Shown in pieces: positions 39,779-55,008 of a stretch of 64,000 bases of DNA; within the stretch, counting starts at the first letter, position 1, and every line of letters starts with the position of its first letter. Made by a program: the position numbers and the translations under genes. The stretch is from Perna viridis (taxonomy: Eukaryota): assembly GCA_037379345.1 (NCBI GenBank), contig CM074511.1, positions 60,704,862-60,768,861 of the forward strand, written 5' to 3'. The notes beneath the pieces are model-generated. The model saw only the letters and a program-made list of their open reading frames with translations, did no database searches and was not told the DNA's origin.

Positions 39779-42700
39779 AGTCGCAAGATAAGAGTAAGAC
39801 TGCTTTAATTACTACAGCAATTTCCAAAACGCCCACAAACGTCATTGTTATCATAAGGAACTACAAGAAAAAACACCCAAAAAACAAACTTCTTTCATCA
39901 TTTATGTATACACTGATTTATAAGTGCAACAAGTTGCACTGTGACGTCAAATGTTTTAAGATGTCGCCTATATGGACAAACAGCTATTAAGCTACTAGAC
40001 AATTAAATTGATGAATGTTTATAAAATCGAAATATTAATAGGATCCACGCGAGTAGGCTCAGACGAGTAATGGCCATTCGATATTGCGACGTATAAATGG
40101 TAAATTATCGGGTATCAGAATCTGTCATTTTAAAACAAATCAATTTACAAGCATACGAGATTTTGAAACAATCAACGAAACGTAACAGATGCCAGAAAGT
40201 GTGTAGGACTTTACGTCATGATATGACGCTTTTTGACGTCGAAAGAAATTCGATCTGAAGTAGACGTGTTTATGTAAATAAGTTTTCTGACTGTTTCTAT
40301 GTGGTTTCACTAATAAAGCATTAGCCATAAAAATTTGTGGAAGATCACTTGAGTGTCATCTACTTTTTATCAAATTTCGATAGACTGATAGGTTGGAGGA
40401 GGCAGATCTTACAGAAGCTATATGTCAAATTTGTTGTTCTATCGATAACAGGTTTGTAGCTTGCTGTATGTATAGAGATGTCCTCTAGAATCCTTGTGTT
40501 CACCAGACAGATTAATTATTTCCTCGACTGATAACCGTCGGAAGTCTATCAGCTATTTCTAGCATCGAAGAATTATTCGGACATTGACATTTTACATCAT
40601 CGATCACAAATATTTCAGTTAATGGGCTGATTACCACTTAAATTCTATAATGGAATTATTTATGTGTTTGCATGGGAGTACATGATTATAAAGAAATGAA
40701 GTTGCTCCCACCTTTTCCTTAATTTTATTCGATAAAGCAGGAAAATGTCACATTATTCTTGCTGCCAATCTATTGCGCAAAGAATAAATACACAGCATTA
40801 ATCAGTCCAATGTTTTAGGAATAAACACAAAAAAAAACAGATAACATGCAGAAGCGGACCCAGACTTTCACAAAGTCTTCTTGTACCACTCGTCAAAAAA
40901 CGCTTCTCATTTGTTGCTATAGAATTGAGAAGGAATACATGTCGCACGCATATGACGCGTTGCTCGAAGATCTACCTTTCGTTCTGCAATGTTCTCCGTA
41001 TAAGATTTCAGCTCACGTCTATAGTGGCCATCAAACTAAATGTACTATGATGTATTGATTAATTAAAGAAAATATGTTGAAATTCCCGATCTACATCGCA
41101 GTTTGTAAGCATTTTCAAAGTTTCATATTTTTCATATGAATTAACCTGATTTTTTTTTTTTTTTTTTTTTTTGATAAAAGAAAAGATTATAGTTATATAA
41201 AAATGGTGTTATTGCATCGCATCCATGATAAGAACAACCCAGCATATGTCTCATAAGTAACGTAATCAAATAGCTATACTATATAAGTTTATAGAACTTT
41301 CTTGTTTATAAACACCAGATCCTGCCCACACATTTCTATTCAAAGAGTAAGATTTTCACCTGCCTAATGGTTCACACCTTACAGTGATATGTTGATTACC
41401 GTACATCACGGTTATCATGCGTAGAGGAATACATGATGCTTTAGGAATCGATCTGATTTTGATTGGTTCCTATACAGGTGTTTCATTAACTACCATAGAA
41501 ACAGGTGAAAATGAACTCGGGGTTGATAATCATTAATTGATGTATTGGTTAGGTCTTCAGTGTTTTTATTTAACAATAACATTATCAGCTAACTACCAAC
41601 AACAAATGATTCATCTATGATACAATCATAGACTTCAGTTCAAAGCAATCAAAGAGCTCACCTTTGAGTAATATAATTGTTACAAAATAACAGTATTTCC
41701 AGTATAATTGAATTTGAGTAATGATATATTGTGCGTAGTAGAAGAATTAAGTGCGCTATAGTCATCAGACTGACTCAACTGTTATAGAATGTGATTTATT
41801 GAAGAAGACATCCAAACACATTCTTGAGTGTGGAGGAGAGTAACGGAAAACGAAATAATCACGAGGATGTTGCGCGCGAGGTGTTATGATCAAGATCATA
41901 ATTCATATAAGAAATAGAGAATATATCAGAATTGTTCGTGATCTTTATCTTTTGCTCTCTGTTTTATTGTTATCATGCTTTGATTTGGTTTTTTTTTTGT
42001 GAGTTTGTTGTTTTTTTTCAGCGAGAGGTGGGGGTACGTTGAATTTTTGTTTGATTGATTTTTATCAAATAACTATCAAACAAATGATCAAGCCGTATTA
42101 TAGCAATCAATCAAACTATGCACTTGCTCAAAATTACTAACTGCAAGGTGTGAGCTGTACCCCAGAAATCACACACCGCCTTCGACAAACATGGTAAAAC
42201 AGGAGTAAGCAGAAACATTTAGGTTGATTGTTTCATATGTCAACAATAACAAGAGAAATAGAGGGTGCCATCTTGGGTTGTATAATGTAGAACGGACTGA
42301 TGATATTTTCTCAGTTGACATTAGCACCTCTTTCACAACTTATTTTCACATAAGCAGTTCACCCAAAGTTCAATGTTATTTCATGCTGTAGATATAACAA
42401 ACTAAGATGAGACTTCAGACTACAGTCAAAGCTGTCACAACGGTATTCCTCCGTCTATTTGAGACAGCCGTTTGGTTATACTCCCGTTTTCAGATTACTC
42501 CCATAACTGCTTTAGCGAACCTTATTGACTTTAAAATTCTATTCAATAAAGACAGCGCTTAGGTATAGTTGGACAGCCGACTACACTAAAACCTGTAAAT
42601 CTCGGTATATGTAGACACACACACATTTCAGTTTCCACTTATTTTTCTATCATCTGCAATATCATATTTAACATTACCGTTCTGCTAATAGTGCATAGGA

Positions 42701-43005
42701 TTTTAACTTATTTAATTAAAACACATTGCAAATTAAAAAAAATATGAATTACATTTCCAGAAAAATGATACGCATTCATCAAAAGTGTCAAATAGATATG
42801 CAATTTATTAAAAACTAAGACGTTCAAGATATGTCATTAACTAAATGTACATATTGACCTAAAAAACGACAAGCATGTTCCGAATGGAAATAGAATGCGT
42901 GTTTTCTGGTATCGGTATCATTCGATACATTTCTATCTTAGATCCAATTCAAAAGCTATGTGCCATCCTTGTTTGTTTGTTTTATATTTTTGTTGTTTTA
43001 GTTTG

Positions 43006-43036
<31 letters not shown>

Positions 43037-46000
43037 TTTTTTCGTCGTGCACTCATTAACTTGCTATGTCATTTCCTCTGATGAATCTTGGTTTCGCTGT
43101 TTTATTTGGTCTAGTAACTTACTTTTTCTGCATCACTTCACGATACATTACATTTGAGTAGCATAGATGAAATTAATAACGCCATGTTTTAAAATATGAC
43201 AAATGTAACTGGTACAAGAAGGCGAAGTCATAAGCCAGAGAAGCCCAAACAAAAGCTCTGACACTTTATTTCTATATATAACAAATGTATCTATTTTAAT
43301 ATGTATGTAAAATGGATATGAAATTTATCAATCTGGTTAGAAAAACACTGCTTATATTAAAGAAAGAAGATTTTGATTTCTTTATGGTGGTGCCATCTTA
43401 AAACTACTATACTTAATACAATATTACAATAATTGCTTGTAGTACCATGGCAATTTAAAAACGTGTTCCAATTTTATACCATGGTGTCTAAATATACTCT
43501 GACAATCAAAGGAGAAAAGCATGTTGATAGAACTCTTTTATATAATTCAAACATACTATACAGTTCTTGAATATTACATATTATATAACATCAAATTGTA
43601 GTGGTAAAATCGTGCATAATTGATACAGAAGTCATGACAACTAATGTGATGTATTTATCTTATTCTGGATTGTCTAGACGTGGTTTGGCAGAACTATATT
43701 TGTATAGGACTAACAATTTCTGGGTAGGAATTACAATAAATACGCAATAAATTCGTCTTGAGACTCCTGTGGGCGACGACAAAGAAATTGGGCTTATCCT
43801 ATAAGCAGACGAACGCAGTTAAACCGAAATTAGCTTCAAGTGTATGCTTCTGTAGAAAGAAACGCTATAAACAGGTTAGCTTATACTTGCGTTGTGTTTC
43901 TATTAAGCAAATGAACGTTATCTCTATGGCTTCAATGTCATATATTTTAAGGCTACTTTTGGTATTGCGAGACATAAATTACAGAGCAGGCTAAAAGGAA
44001 TCCTTTATCTGTTGTTGTATTGTTTATACAGAGTAAAAATAATATCACTGGAAAGTCTGTAGCCGGAAATCAAATAATAGAAGTACAAAAGAACCAATAT
44101 ATTTAATCTTATACAACACATCCTTCGAAGGGTTGTCTAGACCTTACTCTTCTAAATAGCTCGATATGATTTCTAAAATTGGCTGCCGTGGAACAAAATT
44201 AACGTTGTATTTTTTTTTCTGCCTCCACTTGTTGATTTATGGAGTTTGCATTCAATTCTTATATTATACCACAGCCAATCTAGAAATTTAAAAAAAATCT
44301 AGTCTCAGTCCTTCTTTTGAAGGTTGGATGATCATTCATGCTTAATTGAGGTGATTACAAAAAAAAAATAAACACACACACACACACAAAGCAGACATGT
44401 TTCTCCAAGAACAGCATGCTTCGTTGGTACTTTGTAATATCATAATGTAAACAACATTTTGATGAAATGAATCATAACCTACAAAAGATAAGAATAGCTT
44501 TTGATTAGATTTTCGTTACTCGTACTTTTGTTAATTATATCAGTAACACATCCGGTAAATACGGGCTATTAGTGATCATGATGTGATTGTTATTACGCGG
44601 AAATGCCTCTAGTCTGTTTTATGTATGCTAATTTTGTTTCGTATCAATGTGTTTTAACTCCTTCCGGTCAATAACCTTCGATTTCTTAACATCAAAGTCG
44701 GGGAAACTGTTTTCTTTTGTTTCATTTTTTTTTTTTTTATCCTATCTGGCGTTTTTTTTGTTTTTTTGTTTTTTTTTGTTTTTGTACTGTGATCTTAAGA
44801 ATGGCATCAACGTACGTCGTAAGTTAACATTGAAAAAGCGGATATCGCTGGAATAGATTATTGCTGATTCCTGCAGCACCTGAAACTCAAGGAAGCATAA
44901 CAAAAGTAAAAGAAAACAGAAGTACCCAAAAGCTCATTACTTAGTAACATTGTCATGTTCGTGCATTTTATCAAATTTGACGTGTGACCGTAAATTTCTT
45001 TATTTTTCTGTTGTTTTAACCTTTGGTAATTGTGTACTAGACCAGGAAATGCTTTGATATCACACATTGTGAACCACGGTTGAAGGTAACCTCTGCAACT
45101 ACGTTTCTATGGACTTCTGTGTTAATAGTATTAGTTTTATTTTTGTGGTGACTCAGTATATGTTTCAATCCCTGGTTCCTTCATACTTAAATCCATTCAT
45201 CATCCCGGACACTCTGTGGAAATATTTACAACAATAGAGCGAAGGAAACAGAAGCAAATGCGTGACCAAGTTCATTAAATAATCATTATAAGTGGTCGCA
45301 TCTATAATTCATATAACCATTCTACTTTGGGACCTCTTCCATATCAACATATACCGTAAAGAGAACTAAGTGTTAACACGACTTGTTTTGTAAGTTTAAA
45401 TTCCATTGAGATACAATTCAGAAAAAAACAAAGCTTCTTCTGAAAACTGAATGAAACTGCATTTAAAAAAAATTGTTGCAAACACATGTGTGACGTAATT
45501 AAAGCAATGCGTGGTTTTGTAATTGGAAAATGACACAGTTATTTAGAGAAATCAATTGCAGAAAACGCCGACAGATTGACTGCTATTGGTCCTCGGAGAC
45601 ATGATTGTGGAGCATACTCTTTCCTCTGTTTGAAAATCGCATTTATTGAATTTTAAAATTTCTTCTGTGTGATGACTGGAGTTAAATTAGTAGAACTTCG
45701 GCTCAAAGACTTGGTTCAAAGGAGTACACAGTGGTCACGGATAAATCTAAGCGCAATAAAATGTAAAATTAAGAAAATACCTGATCCAGCTGCACATATT
45801 ACTCTTCCTCGTTACATTGTTAAAGCGATTACATGTTGGTTCAAATCATATGATCAAAACAAACTCATGGATGCAAAATGAAATGAAACAAATTCATTTC
45901 CCGGTCTAGGAATGTAATGATTTCGAATCTAATTCCTGTCCTCAAAAGGAGACTGGAAGCTATTGACCTGCACCCAATTATCTAATAAAATAAGTCTTTA

Positions 46001-46754
46001 CTATAACATGTATATATATATATTTCTTCGGCACACATGAGCATCATCTTCAACAGACTTGTGCGAAATGTCTGGGACGACCGAAGCAATCTGAAAATTC
46101 CATTGTATCATTAACTGCAATAATATATAATATTAACCAACTTCGATGAAAAACAATGATCGCATTTCAAGAATTAGGTCAGTAGAACTATCGATTCTTT
46201 GCGTGCATTTTCACATCCATCAGCGGGAATAAAAGCCTTAAATAATTAAATGCTCACTTCGAATCCAAGAGCTAGTATAATGAAATTGCGTAATGCTTTC
46301 ATGTGTGCAATTAGGGCACATTAATATCTATTTTCCTCGGCACATAAAACGAGGATTGTGGGCTATGTTTGTTTCTACTGTAACAAACACAATCTTGAAA
46401 GTTACCATAATGCAACGTTTTAGTTACATGATTTAAATAGGAAGGACTACAACAACTAGACGTGGGTATCGTAACTACCTACTTGTACACACGTTAACTT
46501 TAACTGCTTTCAGATCTAAGTTGCAAAACTCTTCTGTGAATATTTATTCTGATGAAAAAAAGATTATGAAAAGTGGTTCAAAGCCTACGAATTATATCGG
46601 TATATTTCAACTATAATACACGCTGTAACAATTATTTTTTTGTTTTTGTTAGTGCATACCCAATATCTTTTACACTAAATCACATACCCTATATCACACC
46701 CTAGACCTATATTCACACCCTTACTCGGGACAACATTGTAGTACAGTTACAATA

Positions 46755-46865
46755 TATGATATGATAAATCAAACCTCGAACTATATCACCCCTCGGTCCG
46801 GTGGCCTTAGTGCTATATATGGATCTCGGGTAAATATGGAATTTGATACAGATTTAGCATGTCTA
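46755..46865. mobile_element. Degenerate palindromic MITE remnant
   Basis: TATATCACCCCTCGG...CCTTAGTGCTATATA core and GATCTCGGGTAAATATGGAATTTGATACAGATTTAGCATG. Resembles, from memory only, a palindromic repeat common in bivalves. Confidence 0.4.
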
Positions 46866-47044
46866 AGTCGAATGTATAATATTGATTTGTTGTGACATGT
46901 ATCGTTAATTTGATCCTCTATCCTACATAACAACTCCTAGATGAGCTGTCCCGCTCTACCACACATCATGTACTAAGTTACAGCCCTAGATTAATCCTAC
47001 GACCAGGAATGACTCGACCAGCGAAAGCTATCTTTTTTTATATA

Positions 47045-47200
47045 GCCTAGCTGGCCGAGTGGTCTAGGGCGCTGGACTTTGTGCAGGCGGTGTTGTAATA
47101 AATATCACTGCGGTACGAGTTCGAGTCCGGCGGAGGGAACGACATAAATTTGATTCGCAAATTTTAGTTCTTACATCAGACCCTTCTATATTCATATATA
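47045..47200 (+). mobile_element. tRNA-derived SINE (Leu/Ser-like head)
   Basis: A box TGGCCGAGTGG (47052-47062) followed by TCTAGGGCGC; B box GAGTTCGAGTCC (47117-47128). No acceptor-stem pairing, so not a functional tRNA. Followed by the hairpin AAATTTG-ATTCG-CAAATTT and a TA/TG-rich tail. Confidence 0.75.
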
Positions 47201-47206
47201 TTACAG

Positions 47207-47227
47207 AGTGTGTGTGTGTGTGTGTGT
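47207..47227. repeat. (TG)n microsatellite
   Basis: Directly visible. Confidence 0.9.
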
Positions 47228-48713
47228 TCTAATTTACCAACAATTACTTGTAGAAACAGTTTTAGATAGCAAAAATAGTCCTACTTCATTAAGTACTGAT
47301 ATACAACAATACACGTGTACCTATCACAAATCGTACGGTTTATTATGACGTCACCAAGACAACAACTAAATTGGATGCAGATTTGGCAGAAGATGAACAA
47401 TGCATGTATTGCAAGGAATGGTGATAAGTTCAAGATTTTCTTGATCCTATGGTTTATTTATCTTTTATCAACCGCTTTGAAATGATTCAGTCTATCGCCA
47501 CAGTAGGTTACGATGACGTCAAGCACGCCAAAGCCTGTATCTAGTTTGACCCAAATATAATCATCAAAAGATAAATAAAAGCCGTCTGGTTTATACAGTT
47601 ATTTGTTAAGTTGTGTTGTTAAACTTAAAATTGTCTGGCCGCCCACAGTAACTTTGTTAAGAATCGTTGTAAAAGCATTAAGATCAACTTTCTTTCGCCA
47701 TCTTGTAATTCAGGCAAAAATGAAAATTGGATTTGGCTATAAAGCACACTGGAAATCATAAATTCTTATCGACTGAGGTGAATGTTAGAATACCATGTAT
47801 AAGACAACCATGTAGCTCTCATCTTTATCAATTATCTTTTTTTTTCTTTTTTTTGTAAGTTATTCGGGGATGTATTTTCTTAAAACGATGCACTAAAATT
47901 TGAGAATTCTTCAGCACCCGTGAACATAGTTGACATTTTGTAGAATGTCGTTCACTCATTCAATCAGCTCGTGACGAAAATTCAAGCCCATGAAACATTC
48001 TTCGGAGTAAGTGTCGGTCATATGACCAATATACCCGGCATTTGAAGCAACAATTGACTTAGGATGAGAGTATAAAGATAATTTGGTTGTCCTTTTTCTA
48101 ATACCATTATACGTCTTAAGTCTTGAACAACTATAAGAGGAAATTCTAATTCACAACCTACACAGACGAATGGCTCGTCAAATTGTGAAGAGGCGAACTC
48201 CTCCCCATCAATACACATCGACACACACGCGTTTTGTAGAAAACAAAAGTAGATACTTCGGGGTGTAACAGGACAAAATATGATGTTCGTCAAACTCTTA
48301 CTTGCCATAACCAAAACTGAATTAAATGTTGTTTTTTTTTTAAACTACACACATTGTACATACACATAAATTATTTCTGAACTTAAATAACGTTTCGAAA
48401 TACTATTTACGGTCCATTTTCTGGTAATTAACTCCATAAATAAACATCCTTAAACCTTTGAAGTACAAAATATACTTAAATATGACATCACATCCTTCAA
48501 ATGACCTGGCACGACTTTAAATCACCAGAGTCACGTTTTAGTAAACAAATGACGTTTTTCTCAAAAGATTTCGTTCTCATCCTCAAATTCTGGTTAAGTT
48601 GACATACCAATTTAGAGTGTAAATAAGAACCAATACAAACCATTTACAATATAAAACGTGGAGTTCTTTACATGTTGCAGGTGTTACAAATACAAATAAT
48701 TATGGTATTATCT

Positions 48714-48836
48714 CGTAGTGATTTTCAAATAGGCTTAGTTATGGGTCCAGGACTTGTCATATTGGTATGAGGAAACGCCGAACGCCAATGTGACAAACCA
48801 ATGACCCATAACTCAGCAAATTTGGAAATCACTACG
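48714..48836. mobile_element. 123-bp palindromic MITE-like element
   Basis: CGTAGTGATTTTCAAATAGGCTTAGTTATGGGTC...TTGTCATATTGG pairs with CCAATGTGACAA...GACCCATAACTCAGCAAATTTGGAAATCACTACG. Confidence 0.8.
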
Positions 48837-50347
48837 CCGCGTAATGACTCCTTTATTAATTAACTGTGTTTTAACCAGTTGAACAAGTCAGTTCGAAAAA
48901 TGGTACACTTTATAGAGGACAACTCCACAAAACGGTATTTAATGCGAAATAAAGTCATAGCTTGGAATCACTGAGAGCCTGATTTCATGCAGTCTGACAG
49001 GATGTCACGTCTTTCGGAGGTTCCCATACAAAGTTCGGTAGTTTCGTGTCTTCTTCATTAAAAAGCGTTTATTATATGGTCTTCGATAATTATTTAAATT
49101 CAGAAACTCATTTGTTTCGTTTCCGACATGCCAAAAGGGTAGGCATTATTGGCTTTAGCCAGGAAGTCCGAAGAATGCCGGTCTCACTAATTATCTACAA
49201 TAAGTGTCAAGAAGCGTCGAGTAGTGACAAAAAACATCATGATGGATAGAAAAGCGACAAGAATATTTTTATCAATTTAGATCGAAGATCGCCAGAGCCT
49301 TTAGATTCGTAATGCCTTCAGAATTTTTTTTAACCCCCGAAACCACCCTGATCTATAACCCGCTGTATCGTGTATTTTTATTACGGTTACCGGCTCGTGA
49401 CATCGGAAGCCCGGAGATGACAAATAAAAATGAAACCTGCTTATAGACGATGGCATAGGGATTTCGATAATATATTTCTCAGGAATGGTATTAGTCTATG
49501 GTCTGGTGATATTGCTTTTTGTAATAATGATTCTATTTGGCTATTTGGTCATGTGTTACAATGATAGAACTGTAGGTGCCTCAGAACTTTAGAAATTCGT
49601 GGCGATTGTTTCATGCACCAGAGATAATTGTTGAAATTTTATTCTAAGACTTTGGTGTTTATGTTAATGTACGTGCCTCTGGAACTAGGAGCCAAAAAAT
49701 TAGCGCTTTTACATGACACACGGGTGTCTATGCGATAACTTGTAGGACTTGAGCTATATAGCTTATCAACTGAGAAATGTAGCTAATTGAGAGGGACACG
49801 TACATGTATCTAAGGGCATGGTTTACTTGAAGATTGTGACTTAAGCCTTAAGTTTGAATGATTTGATAGACAGTTTCGACCTGAAGATCTTTAAATTGAA
49901 TTTCGAATTGAAAATTTAGAAACTGGAAAAGGCCAACTAGTCAATAGTTCAATTATGCAGTATGTTGGATGTTTTGTATTAATTCATCTAGGTGCTCCAT
50001 GTAAACCATCATCGAACCTGAATATTTCGCAAACTGGTGCACTGCATGCTACAATACATCGCGAATTTTGTTGTGTGTTTATTAAATGTCCTTAATTCGT
50101 AATCAGAATGGTGAATTAAAAAATAAATCAAAGAGTTCAATATTAAACATTCACAACAATAAGCCTTTGTTTAGATACATTTGAATTCGATCCCTGTACT
50201 TTCCTTTTATCCCTGCATTTATCCCATATTTTTGCAAATTTGACGGTTATTTGAGGCGTAAAAATTAAAGCGATCGATATAAATGGATTCAGTACATGAG
50301 TACTTTGATTAAATATATCTATTACATTCAACTTCGTCTTTTTGCAG

Positions 50348-50419
50348 GTTACAGCTGCCTCATATCAAGATTTCATGTATCTTGACGAAACCTACCCTGT
50401 ACTCCTGTCTGTCTTGAGA
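50348..50419 (+). other. Candidate 72-nt internal exon
   Basis: ttcgtctttttgcag|VTAASYQDFMYLDETYPVLLSVLR|gtaagg, open in phase 0. No recognised domain. Confidence 0.25.
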
Positions 50420-50734
50420 GTAAGGTTCCACTGATGTCATCAAGATTTTTATAACCTCCAAAGTCACTCGACATATTTTATTACATGCATCTTATAAAAG
50501 TGAAATGAAAGGACAATCTTTTGCATTAAACTGAGTCCTAACATCATGCAAGAGAGCAAAGTTTTTTGTTGATCCTATCTTTTCCTTCATTTCATCCGCT
50601 TTTGTTCTAAACATAATCAAACATTTCCACAAATCTTCGGCAACTCTTTAATAATTTGCGATAGGCAAAAACCCGAAAATTCTTAACGTTTTACATTACG
50701 CTGAAGCCATGAAATTCCAAACGACACGAATCAG

Positions 50735-50793
50735 AACCCGGCCAATATTGAAAAAATCGATATTGGCTTTGGATTATTTATATTGGCCGGGTT
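50735..50793. repeat. Short inverted repeat (14-bp perfect arms)
   Basis: AACCCGGCCAATAT ... ATATTGGCCGGGTT. Confidence 0.75.
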
Positions 50794-53700
50794 AAGGTTG
50801 TTTTTTTTTTCTCTCAATATTATTTTAAGGACAGCTTATTAAACACATACAGTAGAAGTAATAAATTTTCAAACAATTCATTTTTGGGTATGCCGTGATT
50901 GAATTCGAACTCGCTTTACTTCCAGGGACTTTAGATTCCACTCCTTAATATCATTACTTCCACCTTACAGTTTTTAAGCAGAAATTGAATCGAGTTTGAA
51001 TAACTCTTTTGTAAGCTCAAATAAATGTTTCTTACTTTAAAAAACAGTTTGTGTCCTTGTGCTATTAAAACTGTTACATGTTCTAAAGCAAAAACGTCGA
51101 AGGAATTTTATTTTCAGCTGCAGTAGCCATGTATTATATAATTGAAATTATTAGAAAATTACAACGACAAGCTCCAAATTTAGCCAAGCAAAGGGGTTGC
51201 CAGTACGCTCAGTTTTTATATACCTGAATATGCGGACTGTGAACAAATCGTGGCACTGATAACTTCACAGAACTAAGATATACAAAATACCCCTGTGGTT
51301 TGCACAAGGAGTTTAGATGAACCCCGGATGAAACATTACTTGTTCTAGATCAAACCTATCAATGCACAAGTCAAAAATGTCTCATGCGTCTATTCTACAA
51401 TTGCTATGTTTTTCTATGTAGGGAAAGGAATGTTGTTATATAATACACCAATTTACAGTTTGTATATACAGTATTAACATAACAGGATTGAGTATACCTG
51501 TACCTTTTGAATAAAACTTGAGTGTGTCACCAAACTGTCACGATGTAGTAAACAAATAAGACACTGTTACTTGTTTTTCACTTATTTTTGGTAGTTTTTT
51601 CACATTACAGAACTTCCGGGAGATGATTGTTGTGATGTTAAAATATGAATTGTATGAGTTCATACCATACAGCCCATACCATCATACAGCTATGAAAAGG
51701 GGTAACAGGATGACTATCGGTTTCAAACAAGTTTTTGTCAATAAAGCCTCGACAGTGGCTGAAATTGACCTAGGCATCAATTAAAAATCTTGCTAAATAT
51801 CGTTATTTGCGGTATCACTCACATGCATCTGCGATAAATACCATAATGAATGGAAAAGAGTGAAACGTGAAATGGAAAGGAGTAAAAATAACCATGAAAT
51901 CGATAGTTAATCAAACAATATGCAAGATAAATTTCGCATCTTCCATTTTATTTAGAAATCCGTGTAATATTTACACACTATTTAATGACTTGTTTCTTCG
52001 GACTGTTGATCACGTGGTGAAATATTGTTACAGTCACCGGCCATCTCATGCGTATGAATATCTAACGGATATTTTTTCTGTACCTGTAGCCCCTGCTGGT
52101 ACCCTCGCGTCATCCCGCCATCTTGGATTTCTCCAGTTCAGCATCATGACAAATCTAAATATATTCTTTAATATGCCTGACAATTCTTAGATGTAGCTTT
52201 AAAATACCTGAAAATAGTATTTGAGAGACAAAGTTTTACGTATTTTAATACTGAAAGGAAAATGAATCTTTTTTTCTGCTAATCAACCCGTTAGTACAGT
52301 AGTTTCGCGTCACCCCGCATGCATCTTAACGGACGACCATCATGTCAAATCTTCTGTATTAATCCTGTTTAATTTTTTGTTATATTATTGATGTACAAAA
52401 TTTGTAAAATGTTCTTTGTACTCTGTTAGTTTATGATAAATAGGTATGAATCTGTCATGAGCTCATAGTCCTGATAATTTACCCTTTTTTGCCGTGTAAT
52501 GTATGATTATATTCATCTTACAAACTTAAGAATGTTTGAACTTTTTGGATCAGTTTATAATTATGCAACAACAGTAAAAGTATAAATATTGCATGCTATA
52601 CATATATGTACCAACAAATACTTGTAATATGTATTCTTTTTCCGATGCAGTTATTTCCAGAATGAAATGTAGAAAATTATAAGTAAAAAGGACAAAGTTT
52701 ACAGTGTTGGCTATCTTTTTTTTTAAAGATAAGACTTGTTTACAGTGTGTTACTTGTAAACAGTACAAAACCCTAGTTTCAATTGAGGTATTCATATCAT
52801 TGTTTGTCAATTTAATACATATACACATATTTACAATTAATAACACATGCTGAAAACTGTGTAACGTCCTTGTTTTTCTCTAAGTTTAGAATAGATAGTA
52901 AAAATATTATTTACCAAAAGTCTTCAGTTTATGTTTATTTAGAATATTTAAACAGCATTGCATTTAATAGGGATGGGATTTGCTAGTTATCTGATTTAGC
53001 CATTGAACAAATATATGGGGTTCATTAGTACTGGAAGATACATGTTGTTTGAATGACATGAAAATACAGATTGTTTCTATCACAGTCTTGAATACCCTTT
53101 TCACGTCTCTCAGGACTGCTCCATTTTATGTCTCTGTTAGAAACTCTATTTAGTAGAGGTGAAAGAACCTTGGTTTTTGGATGAACTACTATGTTGATGC
53201 TCTGGTCTGACTGTATTGTTATAATTCATTTTGAAAGTAATTAGACAGCAAAAATGGCAAATTTACCTGATTTGACACAGAAACACAGGATTCAACAGTG
53301 GTTTAACTAAAGAGTCTTTCTCCATGTATGACTAAGGGGGAACTTGGAGCTGTATAAATATTTGCTTCAATTTCTATGATAAGTAGAAGCAAAAGCTATG
53401 CAGTGAAGTGATATAAAAAAGCAAAAAAAAGCATGGAAGAATGAATTAACATGTATATTTTTAAATGTGTATCGTCAAATCTGTGTGTGTGAAAAGTAAG
53501 AAAAGGTTGTGGGTCATTTTCCCACAGTCGTCTTGTCAACTCATGAAGTCATAAAAAAAGTCATAAAAAGTCTTTGAAAAAACCAATTGAAGAAAGAATG
53601 GTATTAATTTCCCTAGTTTAAAATATTACAATGTCATTGTGCAGTAAGAAACAGAGTAAACTATGAAGGCTTCATTGGCTCAGTACTTCAGTACTTTGAT

Positions 53701-54904
53701 TGACCATCGGGATGACAATACAATCATTTCTTAGTTTTTGACACACAATATGCGTTATATGTAAATCTAGGGGGGTTCTTAAGACAGTTGTATATTTTAT
53801 TTTGTAGGATTTTTTACGAATCTGATAAAATTTTCTTTTGTGAACTGTGATTGTAACACTGACTTTCATACTATCTGAGAATGGTCAGTTTGTGTCTGAA
53901 GGTTTCTTGATAAATTGAGGCTTTAAGTGACATCATGGCATCATTTTAAACAGAAAAAGTTCATGTTTGCTGACTACAGGAGTATATTTGTTTTTAGCTA
54001 GAGAACTTAAGCTCGCCTACAAATGCGCTGGTTTATTTAACAAGTATGATAATGCAAGTAACAATAATGATTTCACTGTTCCTGGATTCGGTGCCTGGAT
54101 ATTTTGCCAGTGATACTAGGTTCCCGGTATTCAATCGAGTCCTTTATATGTCTCAACATTCCGCAGACTTGTTTTGAGCTGTATTAAATACTTATGTGTT
54201 ATTGTATACGAATGCGATAGCAATAAAGTTAGCAAATGTTATTCATTTGTTTATTTAGTGCTTACTTAGGACTATTTACAAATAAAAAAGCTATAATTAC
54301 AACGAGAAATAAGTGACATGTTCCGTCCATGTGTGAATGTTATGCAAACATTACTCATTGAAATAGAAATTATGGTTCGGCACTTTCTCGTCCCCATTCT
54401 AAGTTTATGCTGGCCTTAGCATGGGTAAGGTAAATGGGTACAAAAGAAACAAGCCTTTGTGTATGGATTTTGTAACTGATAAAGTGTTTTGTTTTAGTTT
54501 TGTTTTCTTGTTTTGTTTTTGTTGTTTTGTTATGTCCTATTTTTCTTTAGTTTTCATTGATGTTTTTTTTTTAATTATTATTCCTTTATATTCTTATATG
54601 TTTCCCCCTTTTCTAATTGTGTTATATACTTCTTTTGAGTAATGCATTTTCATTTATGTCATTTCGTTAGTAGCTAGAACATGTATTTCAATGAGTAGAA
54701 AAGCAATAATTTCTACAGCTCTAAGTCCCTTCCTATTTTCTTTCTAATCATCGAGGAGGTAAACGAACTTGACTATATCGGTCTCAGACATCTAAGGTTG
54801 TAAGCAAATGAACGTTTTGGATGGATGCAAATTCCTCATCTGCACAATCATTTATCTGCAAGTCTTTTTGATGAAGGACTTTGTGTTCTTGTATTTATAA
54901 ACAG

Positions 54905-55008
54905 GTAGGAACTGGCTCACTGACGATGTGATGCATGCTTTCTCTGGCGCAGTTCTGCATTTGATGAAAATTTTCATGTTCATGGCACTGATTCATGGAG
55001 TTGAGTAG
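54905..55008 (+). pseudogene. Decayed fragment with a Ulp1/C48-protease-like WLxD motif, possibly transposon cargo
   Basis: After aaacag the frame reads RNWLTDDVMHAF, resembling the WLxDxVI motif of Ulp1-like proteases. It is a single short motif and the frame ends at 55008. Confidence 0.25.

Noticed and set aside
47045-47140. Functional tRNA-Leu/Ser gene
   Set aside because: The acceptor and anticodon stems do not pair; it is better explained as a SINE head.
47950-48135. BIR-domain-like reading (RLKTY...AGY...D...CF) in an alternative minus frame
   Set aside because: It lacks the WP motif and the CxxC...H...C zinc ligands, so it is likely chance.
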